NCBI GenBank assembly: GCA_951406725.2
Contig: OX597814.1
Location: 11,532,001-11,596,000 of the forward strand
Reading direction: 5' to 3'
Length of the DNA: 64,000 bases
From: Octopus vulgaris
Taxonomy: Eukaryota
Shown: positions 13,516-27,184 of the stretch, piece by piece
Layout of the letters: each line of letters starts with the position of its first letter
Position numbering within the stretch: the stretch's first letter is position 1
Position numbers and translations under genes: made by a program
The notes under the pieces: generated by a model
Database searches by the model: none
What the model was told of the DNA's origin: nothing
What the model saw: the letters and a program-made list of their open reading frames with translations, nothing else

Positions 13516-13977
13516 CCTCCTTCTTTCCTTCTTTCCTGAGCGTCCAATAATACTATATTTGTTCCACGTCCTCGCGTTGTTGTGTTTTTTGTGCTTTCTT
13601 GTTTGGATTAACTATATATGTATATATACATGATGGGCTTCTTTCAGTTTCCAGCAATTACACTCACAAGGCTTTGGTCGGTTCGGGTTTACAGTACAAG
13701 ATACTTGGTCAAGGTGCCGCACTATAAGACCGAACCCAAGTCTACGCAGTTGGGAAACAATCTTTTTAACCAGACAACCACGCTAACGATGTTTAGCATG
13801 AAATTATTGAATATTTTGGTGTAAATTCAAAGAAATTACGACAAATTTCTGTGCTGCTTACAAATGTTTATTTAAAGGTCTGTTACAGATTTCTCAGATA
13901 CTAATTTCTTTGAGTGAAATGTTTTGCTTGTTATTATCTTATATTATTCTGTGAGCTTGTGTGTATGAGAAAGAGTG

Positions 13978-14014
<37 letters not shown>

Positions 14015-14064
14015 ATGTGTGTGCGTGTGTGTGTGTGTGTGTGTGCGTGCGTGCGTGTGTGTGT

Positions 14065-14097
<33 letters not shown>

Positions 14098-14241
14098 TTC
14101 CTCTCAGCAATCAGCTCTCGAAACTGTCCATATGTTTCAACATTAAAATGTCAGTCACATTTTTCGCACAACCACACTTCCCTTAAACACACACACACAC
14201 ACAATCAACCAAACAAACAAATAAATACATACACACACACA

Positions 14242-14281
<40 letters not shown>

Positions 14282-14433
14282 AACACACATCCTCTCATCA
14301 CACACAGAAATAAACATATATACACACGCACATACATACATACATACGCATGCACACGTACCAACCATTACCAGAAAAAGTGGAGAGGTGGGGAATCTCT
14401 TTCCTCTAATTGAATAAATCAACCATTTAGAAA

Positions 14434-14468
<35 letters not shown>

Positions 14469-14960
14469 AAGAAATATAACATAAATAATAAATAAAATAT
14501 TTAAAATTCCACAAAAACATCTCAAAAATACCGACAAAAATAAATTTCATTGTGTTAATTCCTATTATTTAGTTTTTTGCTCTAGCTTTTTCTCTTTATT
14601 CTCTCTCTCTCTCTCTCCCTCCCTCTCTCTCCCTCCCTCCCTCTCTCTCTCCCTCCCTCTCTCTCTTCCTCCCTCTCTCTTCATCTATTTGTCTATTTAT
14701 CTATGTTTCTTTTTGTTGTTTTTTTTTTCATATGAGAGTAAAATAGAAAATGAAACAAGCGAATAAAAGTTTACACATGTTTTCAAGAATTTAATACATT
14801 AATCAGATGTGGTCTGATTTGTTGTTCCGATGATACAGAGTCTCTTGATGCCATCGAAACATGGTTCGCCTTACGTTTTAATCATATATCTCCTCTCTTG
14901 TTTACCGCGCGGACGTGACTTCCGATGTATTAAGCGGATCATAACAGCAACGTTTCAAAG

Positions 14961-15579
14961 CAGAAGAAGAAGAAGAAGAAGAAGAAGAAGAAGAAGAAGA
15001 AGAAGAAGAAATAAAAGAAGGTGAAGAAGAGGAAGAAGGAGGAGAAGAAGAAGAAGAAGAAGAAGAAGAAGAAGAAGGTGAAGAAGAAGAAGAAGAAGAA
15101 GAAGAAGAAGAAGAAGAAGGTGAAGAAGAAGAAGAAGAAGAAGAAGAAGAAGAAGAAGAAGAAGAAGGAGAAGGTGAAGAAGAAGAAGAAGAAGAAGAAG
15201 AAGAAGAAGAAGAAGAAGAAATAGAAAAAGGTGAAGAAGAAGAAGAAGAAGAAGAAGGAGAAGAAATAGAAGAAGGTGAAGAAGAAGAAGAAGAAGAAGA
15301 AGAAGAAGAAGAAGAAGGAGAAGAAGAAGAAGAAATAAAAGAAGGTGAAGAAGATGAAAAAGAAGATGAAAAAGAAGATGATGAAAAAGAAGAAGAAGAA
15401 GAAAAAGAAAAGGAGAGGTGAACAAAAAGAAGAGTGAGAGTAAAGAGAGAGTGAGAGAGAAATTACTGTGAAGGAGGATGGCGGGGGAGGAGGAAACGGA
15501 ACAAAAAACAACAATAACGACAGTAGATGAAGCAGTAACGATGACAACAACAGTAGCAACAATTAGAAGGAAAAGAATC

Positions 15580-15623
<44 letters not shown>

Positions 15624-15631
15624 CAGCAGTG

Positions 15632-15668
<37 letters not shown>

Positions 15669-15676
15669 CAGCAGTG

Positions 15677-15722
<46 letters not shown>

Positions 15723-15750
15723 CAGCAGCAGTGGTAGTAGTAGTAGTAGT

Positions 15751-15782
<32 letters not shown>

Positions 15783-15810
15783 CAGCAGCAGCAGTAGTAG
15801 TAGTAGTAGT

Positions 15811-15845
<35 letters not shown>

Positions 15846-15909
15846 TGGTAGTAGTTGTAGTAGTAGTAGTAGTAGTAGTAGTAGTACTAGTAGTAGTAGT
15901 AGCAGCAGC

Positions 15910-15961
<52 letters not shown>

Positions 15962-16260
15962 ATACTAGTAGTAGTAGCAGTAGTAGTAGTAGTACCAGTA
16001 GCAGCTGCAGTAGTAGTAATAGTAGTAGTAGTGACAGAAACAGCGGCAGCGGCAGTAGTAGTGGTACTAGTTGTAGAAGAAGAAGAAGAAGAAGAAGAAG
16101 AAGAAGAAGAAGAAGAAGAAGAAGAAGAAGAAGAAGAAGAAGAAAACTAGCAAGTATAACAGTAACAACAACAACAACATCAACAGCAGCAGCAGCAGCA
16201 GCAGCAGAAGTAATAAATTCAACAACAAGAATAAGAAGAAGAAGAAGAAGAAGAAGAGTA
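14961..16260 (+). repeat. Compound microsatellite (GAA)n / (AGT)n-(AGC)n / (GAA)n
   Basis: Direct reading. Confidence 0.97.
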
Positions 16261-17025
16261 AACAAGATTCAACAAAACAATTACACTTCAAAATAAAACA
16301 AAATAAAAACAAAACTACTACATAAAAGGTAGTTCTTGAATAAAAAAAAAGAAAAAGAAAAAAAAATGAAAAGAAAAGAAAAAATGACATGAGTAGCATC
16401 GTCGTTGTTAGCAGAGAAAGAGACGAAAGCTCTTTCTTCAACTCTGGCTATAATCTCCGATCTTCAAATAGCATCAAAAGTTACAAGGTGTAATCATGAT
16501 TTAAACATCAATTTGAATTTGTCTCTCGTTTTCTCGCCATTCATGTGGATCGTTTCTGGTTTTTTTTTTTTTTTTTTTTTTTGCTTGTTCTCTTCTTTGT
16601 TGATAAATTGATAAAACAACCAGTAAATACGTGAAAGTGGAGGCGCAATGGCCCAGTGGTTTTAGGGGCAGCGGACTCGCGGTCGGATCGGAGGATCGCG
16701 GTTTTGGTTCCCAGACCGGGCTTTGTATGTGCTTTTTGAGCGAAAACACCTAAAGCTCCACGTGGCTCCGGTAGGGAGTGGTGGCACCCCCCCCCCCTGT
16801 TGTACTCTTTCGCCCCAACTTTCTCTCACTCTTTCTTCCTGTTTCTTGAGAAACGCTGCGGTGGACTGATGTTCTGTCCAGCTGTGGGGAACACATACGC
16901 CATAGAAACCGGGAAACCGGGCCCATGAGCCTGGCTAGGCTTGAAAAGGGCGAGAAAGAAGAAAGAAATACGTGAAAAGCACGACTCACGCACAGGCGTA
17001 CACAGATACACCATTATTGGTTTCA

Positions 17026-17710
17026 AATTTTGGCACAATGACAAATGGTTCGGAGAAGTGGGTACGTTGAATACCAGTACTCAGTACTCAGATGGTACTT
17101 ATTTTACCGATCTCAAAAGGATTACGGGCAAATTCGACCTCGAGGGAATTTGGACTCAGAACGTAAAAACGGAGAAAATACCGCTAAGCATTTTGCCTGG
17201 CATGCTAACGATTCTACTAGCTACCCGCCTCTCATATATACCATTATTGATTTCAATTTTTGGTACAAGACTAGCATGTTTCGGGAAGAGAATGAATCGA
17301 TTACATCGACTCCGGTGTTTAACTGGTACTTATTTTATCGATTCCGAAAGAAAGAAAGGCAATGTCGAACTCGGAACGTAAAGCCGAACGAAATACTGCT
17401 AAGCATTTTGCCCAGCAAAACGATTCTGCAAGTTTGCCGCCTTCAGACATAACATTATTAATATGCGTATGAAGGCGGGGAGCTGGCAGAAACGTTAGCA
17501 CGCCGGGCGAAATGCGTAGCCGAATTTCGTCTGCCGTTACGTTCTGAGTTCAAATTCCGCCGAGGTCGACTTTGCCTCTCATCCTTTCGGGGTCGATTAA
17601 ATAAGTACCAGTTACGAACTGGGGTCGATATAATCGACTTAATCCGTTTGTCTTTCCCTTGTTTGTCCTCTCTGCGTTTAGCCCCTTGTGGGTAGTAAAG
17701 AAATAGGTAT
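17026..17710. mobile_element. Three family A SINEs (two minus, one plus)
   Basis: 17026-17232 (-), 17247-17442 (-), 17473-17710 (+). A further copy lies at 18410-18580 (-). Confidence 0.85.
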
Positions 17711-18629
17711 AAAGCAAAAAACCGACTGGAAGCGGTAGTGTTGTTCATATGACTTCATTTAGACTATGCAATCCAGTTGCTTTTTTTTTTTTTATTCTGA
17801 CAATTCAACTAATGTACATGTGGGTAAGAAGCTGTTGTCGCTTCTGGTTTCTATCGCAATTTACTTTCATTTTTTTAAAACAATTTACTTTCATTTTTTT
17901 AAACCAATTTACTTTCACTTTTTTCGACGGTAAACTACATGTTAATTTTCAGTTGTTCGATCTACAGAACTTCCCAATCATTAGCGTGAAAGTGGCTGTG
18001 TACACCACGTAGTCATCAGGCAAAATCGACGTGACATGGTGAGTGTGGCAAGGCCAGACTTTTGAATTATACGTAAAATCCATCCGACGAGTTTCTTTAT
18101 GATTTCCCTTGCACCTAATTTCACTCACAAGCCTTGGGTCAACCTGAGACTCTGGTAAAGGATGCCAATTCAAGATGCTACGATGTGAAATTGAACCAAG
18201 GAACTTGTAACTGTGAAACAAACTTCCTAACCACTTGTCCTTGCTGCACACACACGCGTGCGCACATTTGGGAACTCTTAATGTGGAAATTGCAGACGAT
18301 ATGAGAATATCGTCTTGTTCTCTCAAGCAAGATATTTTCACATCATCTGCAGCCTGCACAACTAAGGCTTTTAAGTAAATAACAGTAAGTTTGTCATTTT
18401 TTTAATTGCCCACAATTAAGTTGATTACATCGACCCTAGTGCGTAACTGGTACTTATTTAATCGATCCCGAGAGGATGAAAGGCAAAGTCGACTTCGGCA
18501 GAATTTGAACTCAGAACGTAACGGCTGACGAAATACTGCTAAGCATTTCGCACGGTGTACTAACGATTCTGCCAGCTCAGCTCCATAACAGTAAGTCTGT
18601 GAACATTATGATATTTCACTTATTCCCTT

Positions 18630-19500
18630 ATACATACATACATACATACATACATACATACATACATACAGACAGACAGACATACATACATACATACATA
18701 CATACATACATACATACATACAGACATATATACATACATACATACATACATGCATACATACATACATACATACATACATACATACATACATACATACACA
18801 CATACATACATACATACATACATACATACATACATACATACATACATACATACATAATGATTTGGGATAGAGAAGAGAAACTATGTACAGTTGTGGAAAT
18901 CGGTTGCCCAACGGATGTTAACATAAATCTAAAGATCAGTGAAAAAGAGAATACCTACGCTAATCTATTGAGAAATTTGCAATAATTATATCCAGATTAC
19001 AAGTTCAGGTTTATACCTGTAATTATTGGAGCACTGGAATATGTAACACACTGACTAAATACGAATCTTGAGAAATTAGGCAGAAAGCTGATTCGAAGAC
19101 TACAGATCCAAGCTATCACTAGAACTGTAAAAATCTGTAAAACTTTCCAGAAGTATATATGAGCATGTCTAGATATGCAAGTATATACACGAGAATACAT
19201 ACATGCAACAAAACGTACAAATCTACATACATACATATATACATACTTGCATTTATACATACATACAAAAATATCCTGTTGATGTTGAAATTCCAATGAA
19301 GGAGCCTTGGCTCTTTCTCTATTGGCAAGAAATATTGATATAAAACTGAATAATGACATACGTACGTACGCACATAAATACATACATACATACATACATA
19401 CATACATACATACATACACACATACATACATACATACATACATACATACACACACATACATACATACATACATATATACATACATACGTACGTACGTACG

Positions 19501-19534
<34 letters not shown>

Positions 19535-19592
19535 CATACATACACACATACATACATACATACACACACACATACATACATACATACATACA

Positions 19593-19626
<34 letters not shown>

Positions 19627-19889
19627 CATACATACACACATACATGCATACATGCATACCTACATACATACATACATACACACATACATACATACCTACA
19701 TACATACACACATACACACATACATACATATATACATGCATACATACATACATACATACATACATGCATTCATGCATACATACATACATACATACATACA
19801 TACATACATGCATACATACATACATACATACATACATACATACATACATACATACATACATACATACATACATACATACATACATACAT
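18630..19889 (+). repeat. (TACA)n tract split by an RLE LINE fragment
   Basis: Direct reading. Confidence 0.95.
18855..19355 (+). pseudogene. 3' fragment of a second RLE-type (R4/Dong-like) LINE inserted in (TACA)n
   Basis: Translates IMIWDREEKLCTVVEIGCP...KENTYANLLRNLQ*LYPDYKFRFIPVIIGAL, an RLE domain paralogous to IVVKD...IDMSIP...IPVIVGAL of the 29.5-kb ORF. In-frame stops; long (TACA)n on both sides. Confidence 0.85.
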
Positions 19890-20538
19890 TCCTGCATGGC
19901 GGTAGTCTCTTCTAATCAGAGAAAGACAGCTCTACAATTTCTTACTGAACAACCTGCGCAAAGGATTTCTTTTTAAGGATCAAATATATGTGCTATACAT
20001 TAGCTCGCTCTCTCCATCAAATCGACGTTGCCTGAACAAGTGCACAGTGTACCATACGTCAGGTGATCGCAGAGCAACGTGGGATGAAATGTTTTTTCTC
20101 CAGAACACATTGTACCACCTGGTCTAGGAACTGAAACTACAATCAAGAAATCGTGAGTGAAACGCCGTAATGACCAGGTTATGCGGCCTCATCATCGTGT
20201 GTGTGTGTGTGTGTGTGTGTATGGGCAGTGTGTGTGTATGAGCTGTGTGCGTGTGTGTGTATGGGCTGTGTGTGTGTATTTGTGTATATATTTTTTCTTT
20301 CTCTGTTTTTTTTCTCTTTTCCTCTTGATCCTTTGTCGAAGAGCATAAGCTCGAAATATCAAAGACTTTACCATTCTTCCCGAGCGTTAAACTAATACAT
20401 CTGTTTGTTGTCCCTACATCTGTCTTCCTCTTTTGTTTTCTGTAAATTTGAACTAGACACAGAGAGAGGGAGAGAGAGGGAGGGGAGAGAAAGAAAGAGA
20501 GAGATTTAAACAGAAACACACCGCACTATTAATACTGT

Positions 20539-20872
20539 GAAGGTGCATGGATCAGTGGTTAGAACAACGGGCTTACAATCGTGAGGTTGTGAGCTCGATT
20601 CCCGGACTGGGCTGTGTGTTGTGTTCTTGAGCAAGACACCTTATTTCACGTTGCTCCAGTTCATTCAGCTGTTGAAATGAGTTGCGACGTCACTGGTGCC
20701 AAGCTGTATCAGCCTTTGCCTTTCCCTTGGGTGACATCAGTGATGTAGAGAGGGGAGGCTGGTATGCATGGGCAACTGCTAATCTTTCACAAAACAACCT
20801 TGCCCGGATTCGTGCCTCGGAGGGGAATTTTTTTAGGTGCAATCCTATGGTCATTCGTGACCGAAGTGGGGT
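20539..20872 (+). mobile_element. tRNA/CORE-like SINE family D; relatives 3180-3491 (-), 34022-34345 (+), 51568-51710 (+), 53868-54192 (+)
   Basis: gaaggcgcatggctcagtggttag-type head, gagttcgattccc B-box, ttgtgttcttgagcaagacac box. Confidence 0.85.
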
Positions 20873-21794
20873 TACAAAACAAGAAACTTCTTCAGCTGAG
20901 CACATTTCTGTCTTGTTGAATGAAGGTTAACATCTGCACAAGGATGAAATATATTTAAGCTGTAAAGAGAGAGAAAAATGTTAAGCCTTTAACATGAACC
21001 ATGATTATCAAACATTTGAATTTTAGTATAAAAATTTAATAACAGAGGTCGTTGTGACATTGCATTACGTGAAGAGCATTTGAGACATAAGTGTAATGAA
21101 AAAAAAATACCAAACAACCAAAACAACTAACAATCAAAAGTGGATAGCCAGAGAACTTTGTTTAGCTCACTACGAGCCCTGCCATAAAAATATGAAAACA
21201 TGAAGAAGAAGAAGAAAGAAAAAGGCAAAAGGAAACGAAAAACCACTTCCTTGATTAATTTGGCAAACATGTCACGAGGAAAGGAGACCATAAGCAATAA
21301 GATCGAGCGGTGTCGCTGTTGTAGTTGCAAGGGGAAGTAATTCTCTGATTTTGTTATTTTGTGTTTTTTAATCCTAGTTTCACATCTGACGTTTCATTTC
21401 ATCTATTAATTAGTGAAACTGAAATCTAGCAGAACTAATTAACAGTGATTGGTGGCGGTGCGGTGCGGGCAGCGAGAGTTGGGGGTGGTGGGTGTATAAT
21501 AAAATAACAGAACTTTCGACATTTATTAATTTTATTGTTTTATTTATTTATTTTTTGGGGGGGATATTGGTTTGTTTTTTTTTTGTTTTTTTTCTACTTC
21601 ATAATCCGCCTGCATCATCATCAGTACTACCATTTTGCTTTCACCATCACCATCAACCTCATCAGCACTGCCACCACCCACCACCACCACTGTTAAACAT
21701 CAGCGTAACTAGCACCATTATAAACACCGCCATCATCAACATGTCAACGTCACCCATTACCATCGTACTACCATCACCACTGACACCATCGCTA

Positions 21795-21803
21795 ACATCG
21801 TCG

Positions 21804-21844
<41 letters not shown>

Positions 21845-22103
21845 GTCGTCGTCGTCGTCGTCGTTGTCGTCGTCATCAACATCATCATCATCGTCATCAA
21901 CATCATCATCATCGTCATCAACATCATCATCATCGTCATCAACATCATCATCATCATCATCATCATCATCGTCGTCGCCATCATCATCGACGGGACCATC
22001 ACCCACGCCATAGTCCTTACTACCATCACTGCTACCATCACAACCATTTCCGCTACCATCACTATTACTACCATCATCATAATTATCATCATCATCATCG
22101 ACG

Positions 22104-22176
<73 letters not shown>

Positions 22177-22196
22177 AATTATCATCATCATCGACG

Positions 22197-22227
<31 letters not shown>

Positions 22228-22230
22228 CAT
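21795..22230 (+). repeat. (CAT)n/(CGT)n microsatellite; similar blocks at 28512-28990, 55780-56135, 61055-61250
   Basis: Direct reading. Confidence 0.95.
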
Positions 22231-22594
22231 CATCTCCATCTCGCAGATCACCATTCCCAGACTCCACCTTTACCAAAACTATCGCTGCCACCATCTTTAC
22301 TAAACTAATACTACAACCAACACCACCATCGCTATCACCCACAACACCAACATTTTTACCTTTACCACCATCACCGCCACCCAACACTACGTCTCCATCA
22401 CCATCACCTTCACCATCATCAACATCATCCCAGCCCTCTGCCATCATTGCCATCACTATTAACACCACCATCATCACATGCCGCGGGGAACGATACTAGC
22501 TGTCACAGTCACCCCCGTGTCGCGGGAGTTCATTTCTCAGACGGGCCGCAATTATTCCGATTTTGGGGAAGAAATCGGCAGTGCGGTATCTAAG

Positions 22595-22897
22595 AACTGA
22601 TAAAGACTGGCTCAAACTGAAAGCGACCGGCTCAAACTCATAGCGACCAGCTCAAACTCATAGCGACCAGCTCAAATTCATAGCGACCAATTCAACCTAA
22701 TAGTGACCGGCTCAAGCTGATAGTGACTGGCTCAAACTCATAGCGACCGGTTCAAGTTGATAGCGACCGGCTCAAGCTGATAGCGACCGGCTCAAACTGA
22801 TAGCGACCGGTTCAAACTTATTGCGACCGGTACAAACACATAGCCACCGATTCAAACTGGTAGCGGCCAGCTCAAACTGATAGCAACCGGCTCAAAA
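22595..22897 (+). repeat. 20-bp minisatellite, ~15 copies, consensus atagcgaccggctcaaact(g/c)
   Basis: Direct reading; no unique spacers. Confidence 0.93.
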
Positions 22898-23701
22898 TGG
22901 AATCCTTTATTTGTTAACCTTTCATTCCTCATGGGACGACGCTGTCTGATGTCAAGAAGATTTTACGACAGAAACTGGTAGATCGAATGATAATTATGAT
23001 GGGGCGATGGTGGTGGTGGTAGTGGTGGTGATAATGGTGAGGATAATGACGACGTCGATGATGATGGTGGTAGTGGTGATTATGATGTTAACGATGATCA
23101 TGATGACGACGATGATGAGGGCGGCGATGACAACGATGATAATGATGATGATAGTGGTGGTGGTGGGGATGATGGGAAGAAAGTTAGATTTACGAGCTAA
23201 TGGCGGTGGTTGTGATGATGGTGGCGTCGGTGTTGGGAGTATACGAATGAAGATGATGATGATGATGATGATGACGGCGACGATGACAACGGCATAACCG
23301 GCGGTGGTGGTGGTGGTGGTGGTAATGATGATAATGACGATGACGTCGACGATGGTGAAGATGAGTATGATGATGACAACGATGATAATGGTAGCGATCA
23401 TAGTAGTTAAGGTGGTGCTGGTGGTGAGGGTGGCGATAAATTTAGTGAGATTACTATTAGTGATGGTAGGATGATGATAGCAGTTGCTACTGTTATTGTC
23501 GTTGTTGTTGTTGTTGTTGCTGCTGCTGCTGCTGCGCTGCTAGAAGTGGTAAATTTAGTGGAATTACTACAAATGATGGTAGCGGTCGTCGTCGTCGTCG
23601 TCATCGTGTTGGTGGTGGTAATTGTGATGGTCATGGCGGTGGTGTTGATAGTGATCATGGTGGTGGTAAATTTCGAGAAATGGAGGTAGAAAGGGTTATG
23701 A

Positions 23702-23735
<34 letters not shown>

Positions 23736-24483
23736 GGTTATGGTAATGATGATGGTAGAGGATAAAGATAAAGCTACTAACGATGATGGTAGTAGCGGTA
23801 GAGTATTTAGAAGGGATGGTAGACAGTAACAGTGATGTGGATGGAGCAGATGGTAACGATAGTATATGTTATGGAGCGGGTTATAAATCCACTGATGAAT
23901 GGAGCTTATGGATAAGCAATGAGTAATTGATAGCTTGTTGTTGATGTTGTTGTAATTGTTGTTGTTGTTGCTGCTGCTGCTGTTTAGCCCCAGGTTATCC
24001 TGCCCTTGACCACTAGAACTTACAATCAACGACATAGCAGCTACGATTTTTTTTTCAGACGTGGTTTATCTAGCGCTATGTTTATCCAATGTGGTTATCC
24101 TTGTTTGTTTGGGGTTTTTTTATGGAGACTTAGCTATTGTTTCTTTAAGGTCGAACAATTAATTACATTGAGGCTCGCTCCATCGGTGGTTACGTGTTAA
24201 TATTGGAAGAAACGTTCGGGAATAGAAAAGAGCTATTGATGAAGTTCTTCATAACGCTGAGAGCCAAGACGATTATACCCACGCATACACACACACATGC
24301 ACACACATATACACACACTCAGAAACACACATGCGTGCATGTATGTGTGTGTCTCTGTGTGTGTCTGTGTGTGTGTCTGTGTGTGTCTGTGTGTGTGTCT
24401 GTGTGTGTCTGTGTGTGTGTGTGTGTGTGTGTAACCAACTTAACTCTATGCATTGGGTTGAGGAATCACTCATGAGAATCTAT

Positions 24484-25735
24484 ATTAAACAAAACAACTG
24501 CAACAAATTAATCAATAATATACCCTTCGTTGTTGCTTACGACTTTCTCCCATCGTTCAATGAGATTCTTGATGCCTTGGCGATAGAAATCTCCCGATCT
24601 TGACTCAAAGAATTCGTCCGACCAAGCCCTCAATTCCACGTCATTATTGAACGATACACCTCGCAAAAGCGTTCGAAAGCGGTCGAAAGACATAAAAATC
24701 TGACGGTGCCAAGTTTGGAGAGTATGGAGGATGAGGCACCACTTCTCATTCGAGTTCTTGAGTCGCAGCTTTGGTCATATTTGGCGATGTGAGGACGGGC
24801 TTTGTCGTGTTGCAGAAACGTTAGCATGCCGGGCGAAATGCTTAGCGATATTTTGTCTTCCGTTACGTTCTGAGTTCAAATTCCACCGAGGTCGACTTTG
24901 CCTTTCATCCTTTCGGGGTCGATAAATTAAGTACCAGTTACACACTCGGGTCGATGTAATTGACTTAATCCCTTTGTCTGTCCTTTTTTGGTCCCCTCTA
25001 TGTTTAGCCCCTTGTGGGCAATAAAGAAATAAGAAGAACGCTATTTCGCCTATTCGGTCTTTTTTGCTGAATTGCTTCGTTGAATCGGTGCAGTTGTTGA
25101 ACGTTGAGCTCAGCATGGAGTATTTGGTTACGCTCAAGCAGTTCGTAATGGATTATGCCTTCCTAGTCTCACGATACACAAATGGCCTTTCCAGGATGAA
25201 GGTCTTATTTTGCTCGTGGAGTTGCTTGTTTGCCGAGGCTGAGCCATTCTTTTCGCTATTTCATATTGACATTAAGACACCATTTTTCATCGTCAGTGAC
25301 AATGCGGTAAAGAAAACGCTGTTTGTGACGTATTGAGCGATGTCGAGCGAGCAAACTGGCTGCGATCGTAGAGCGTTGATTTTTGTTGTTTTCGCTCGAA
25401 GTGTGTGACACCAAAGCGCCGAGTTTTTGAACCTTGCTCATTGAATAAAGGTGGCTCACCACAGTTTTTTTTTTTATCACAATCCATCTACTCCGCCAAT
25501 TCTCTTGTCGTTTGACGTGAATTTTCGTGAAGCGGTTGATTGAATCGCTCTTCATCAAACTCAGTTGGTCGACCGGTGTGTGATCCGTCCTTGAGGTCAA
25601 ATTTCCCATTTTTGAAGTACGAAAACCAACGGTGGGCGGTACCTTGCGGCATTGCTCATCCCTACACAGCACTAATCTCAGCTTCGGCGGCCTTAACCCT
25701 CGATTAAATGCAAAAAACAAATGGTATGAAAAATG
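24484..25735 (-). pseudogene. Mariner (DD34D-type) transposase relic interrupted by a SINE (24811-25031)
   Basis: Fragments KLGALVSHTSSENNKNQR (WVPHxL region), FLYRIVTDDEKW, QHDKARPH, YSPNLAPSDF and FYRQGIKNLIERWEKVVSNNEGYIID*; multiple frameshifts. Confidence 0.92.
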
Positions 25736-25740
25736 CTCAG

Positions 25741-25804
<64 letters not shown>

Positions 25805-26039
25805 GATTGTAAATATGAGTGTAATATAAGGTTGTTTTACAGCGAAACCTACCTTAAGGAAATCTTTGGTCTAAAACCGTTAACATTTTGTCTTTTTAGA
25901 TGTAGTGAATCTTCTTCTAATACTTCTTCTACTTCTTCTTTTTCTTCTACTTCTTATTTTTATTCTTCTACTACTTCTTCTACTTCTACATCTTCTACCT
26001 CTATTTCTACCTCTCCCCACTCCTGTTCTTCTTCCTCCT

Positions 26040-26350
26040 TCCTCTTTTTCCTTGCCATAAGGTCAACGAACGATCCCTAGTCACGCCCTTGCAGAGCGCT
26101 GGGCTGTCTCTTCTCTCTATCTTTTCTTAGTAATACATCAATGGTTTCTGCTCAGCGGAACTTGTTGGTCCCGCATCAGCTCCAATCAAGCACTCTTGGT
26201 TCATTCATCTCTTGTCTTCTCTCTTCTCATCATCCATATTGTGTCCACACAAGTCACTATATCTATTCCTTCCTTCTCAGGACTTCAGTCACATGTTTTT
26301 CGTGGGTTTTTTTTTTTTTTGTTTTTCTTTTCCTGTAGTCATCACCTTAC
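26040..26350 (-). mobile_element. Possible highly decayed RTE-like LINE 3' end
   Basis: Minus-strand GHNM...PRVLDWS-like remnant followed by a (GAA/GTA)-rich tail; weak. Confidence 0.3.
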
Positions 26351-26831
26351 AACAAAGTGACAGATCTAATTCGAGTTCCAATTCTGATTTAAATCTTCCT
26401 CACAGATCGTCTAACTATCAGTTAATTTCCTTCTATTCAAAGAGAAATTTATGACTAAAGACGTTAACTGTTCTCCTAAGACATAGTATCTGTAATGCGC
26501 GAGTAAGTTGGTTGATTTTTTTTTTTTACCTGAAAAGCACATGTCAACCGAACTTGGTGTACAAAAGACCTTGCAAAATTTAGGAAGTTAGCGATTTCTA
26601 AATTGCTGTGTTCCGACATATGAGAAAATGACTGCCATGTCATTTCATTTCTTTAGTTATCATTTTATCTGCCACGTGGATCTGAACAAAAAAAAGAAAA
26701 TCTTGTAAATGGTTTGAAGAGAGTAAGATGTCTCAAATACCCCTTGCTCCATGAATATTGGTTCTTGTTGTCGAGTGCGAAACCGTGTGAGGCGATCTTC
26801 ATCCCCACTTCTTCCCCTCTGTCTCTGTCTG

Positions 26832-26914
<83 letters not shown>

Positions 26915-27072
26915 AGGGGAAATGGCAAGTAGAAGCAAAGAAAATGCACACTAGATATAAAAGTAATGGCTTTTATTTTTATAAAGGCAAAGATATATAT
27001 ACATACAAATAGATGATTTGAGATGGAATTAAGAAGTATAAAAATCATTATTGTGAGTCATTATAGAAAATC

Positions 27073-27111
27073 AAAGTCATACCGGTTTCGTCAGAGCTGA
27101 TCACTGACTTT
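27073..27111 (-). ncRNA. Minimal hammerhead-like motif, unrelated family, also G3:C8
   Basis: Minus strand: AAAGUCA-GUGAUCA-GCUCUGAC-GAAA-CCGG-UA-UGACUUU; 7-bp stem I, palindromic ACCGGU, rudimentary stem II. Confidence 0.65.
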
Positions 27112-27131
27112 CAGTCAACATTAGTTTATGT

Positions 27132-27184
<53 letters not shown>

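Noticed and set aside
17858-17925. Three 24-bp tandem copies (caatttactttcattttttta...)
   Set aside because: Ordinary local slippage duplication.
22595-22897. CRISPR-like periodicity
   Set aside because: Units are contiguous without unique spacers, the context is eukaryotic and there are no cas genes.
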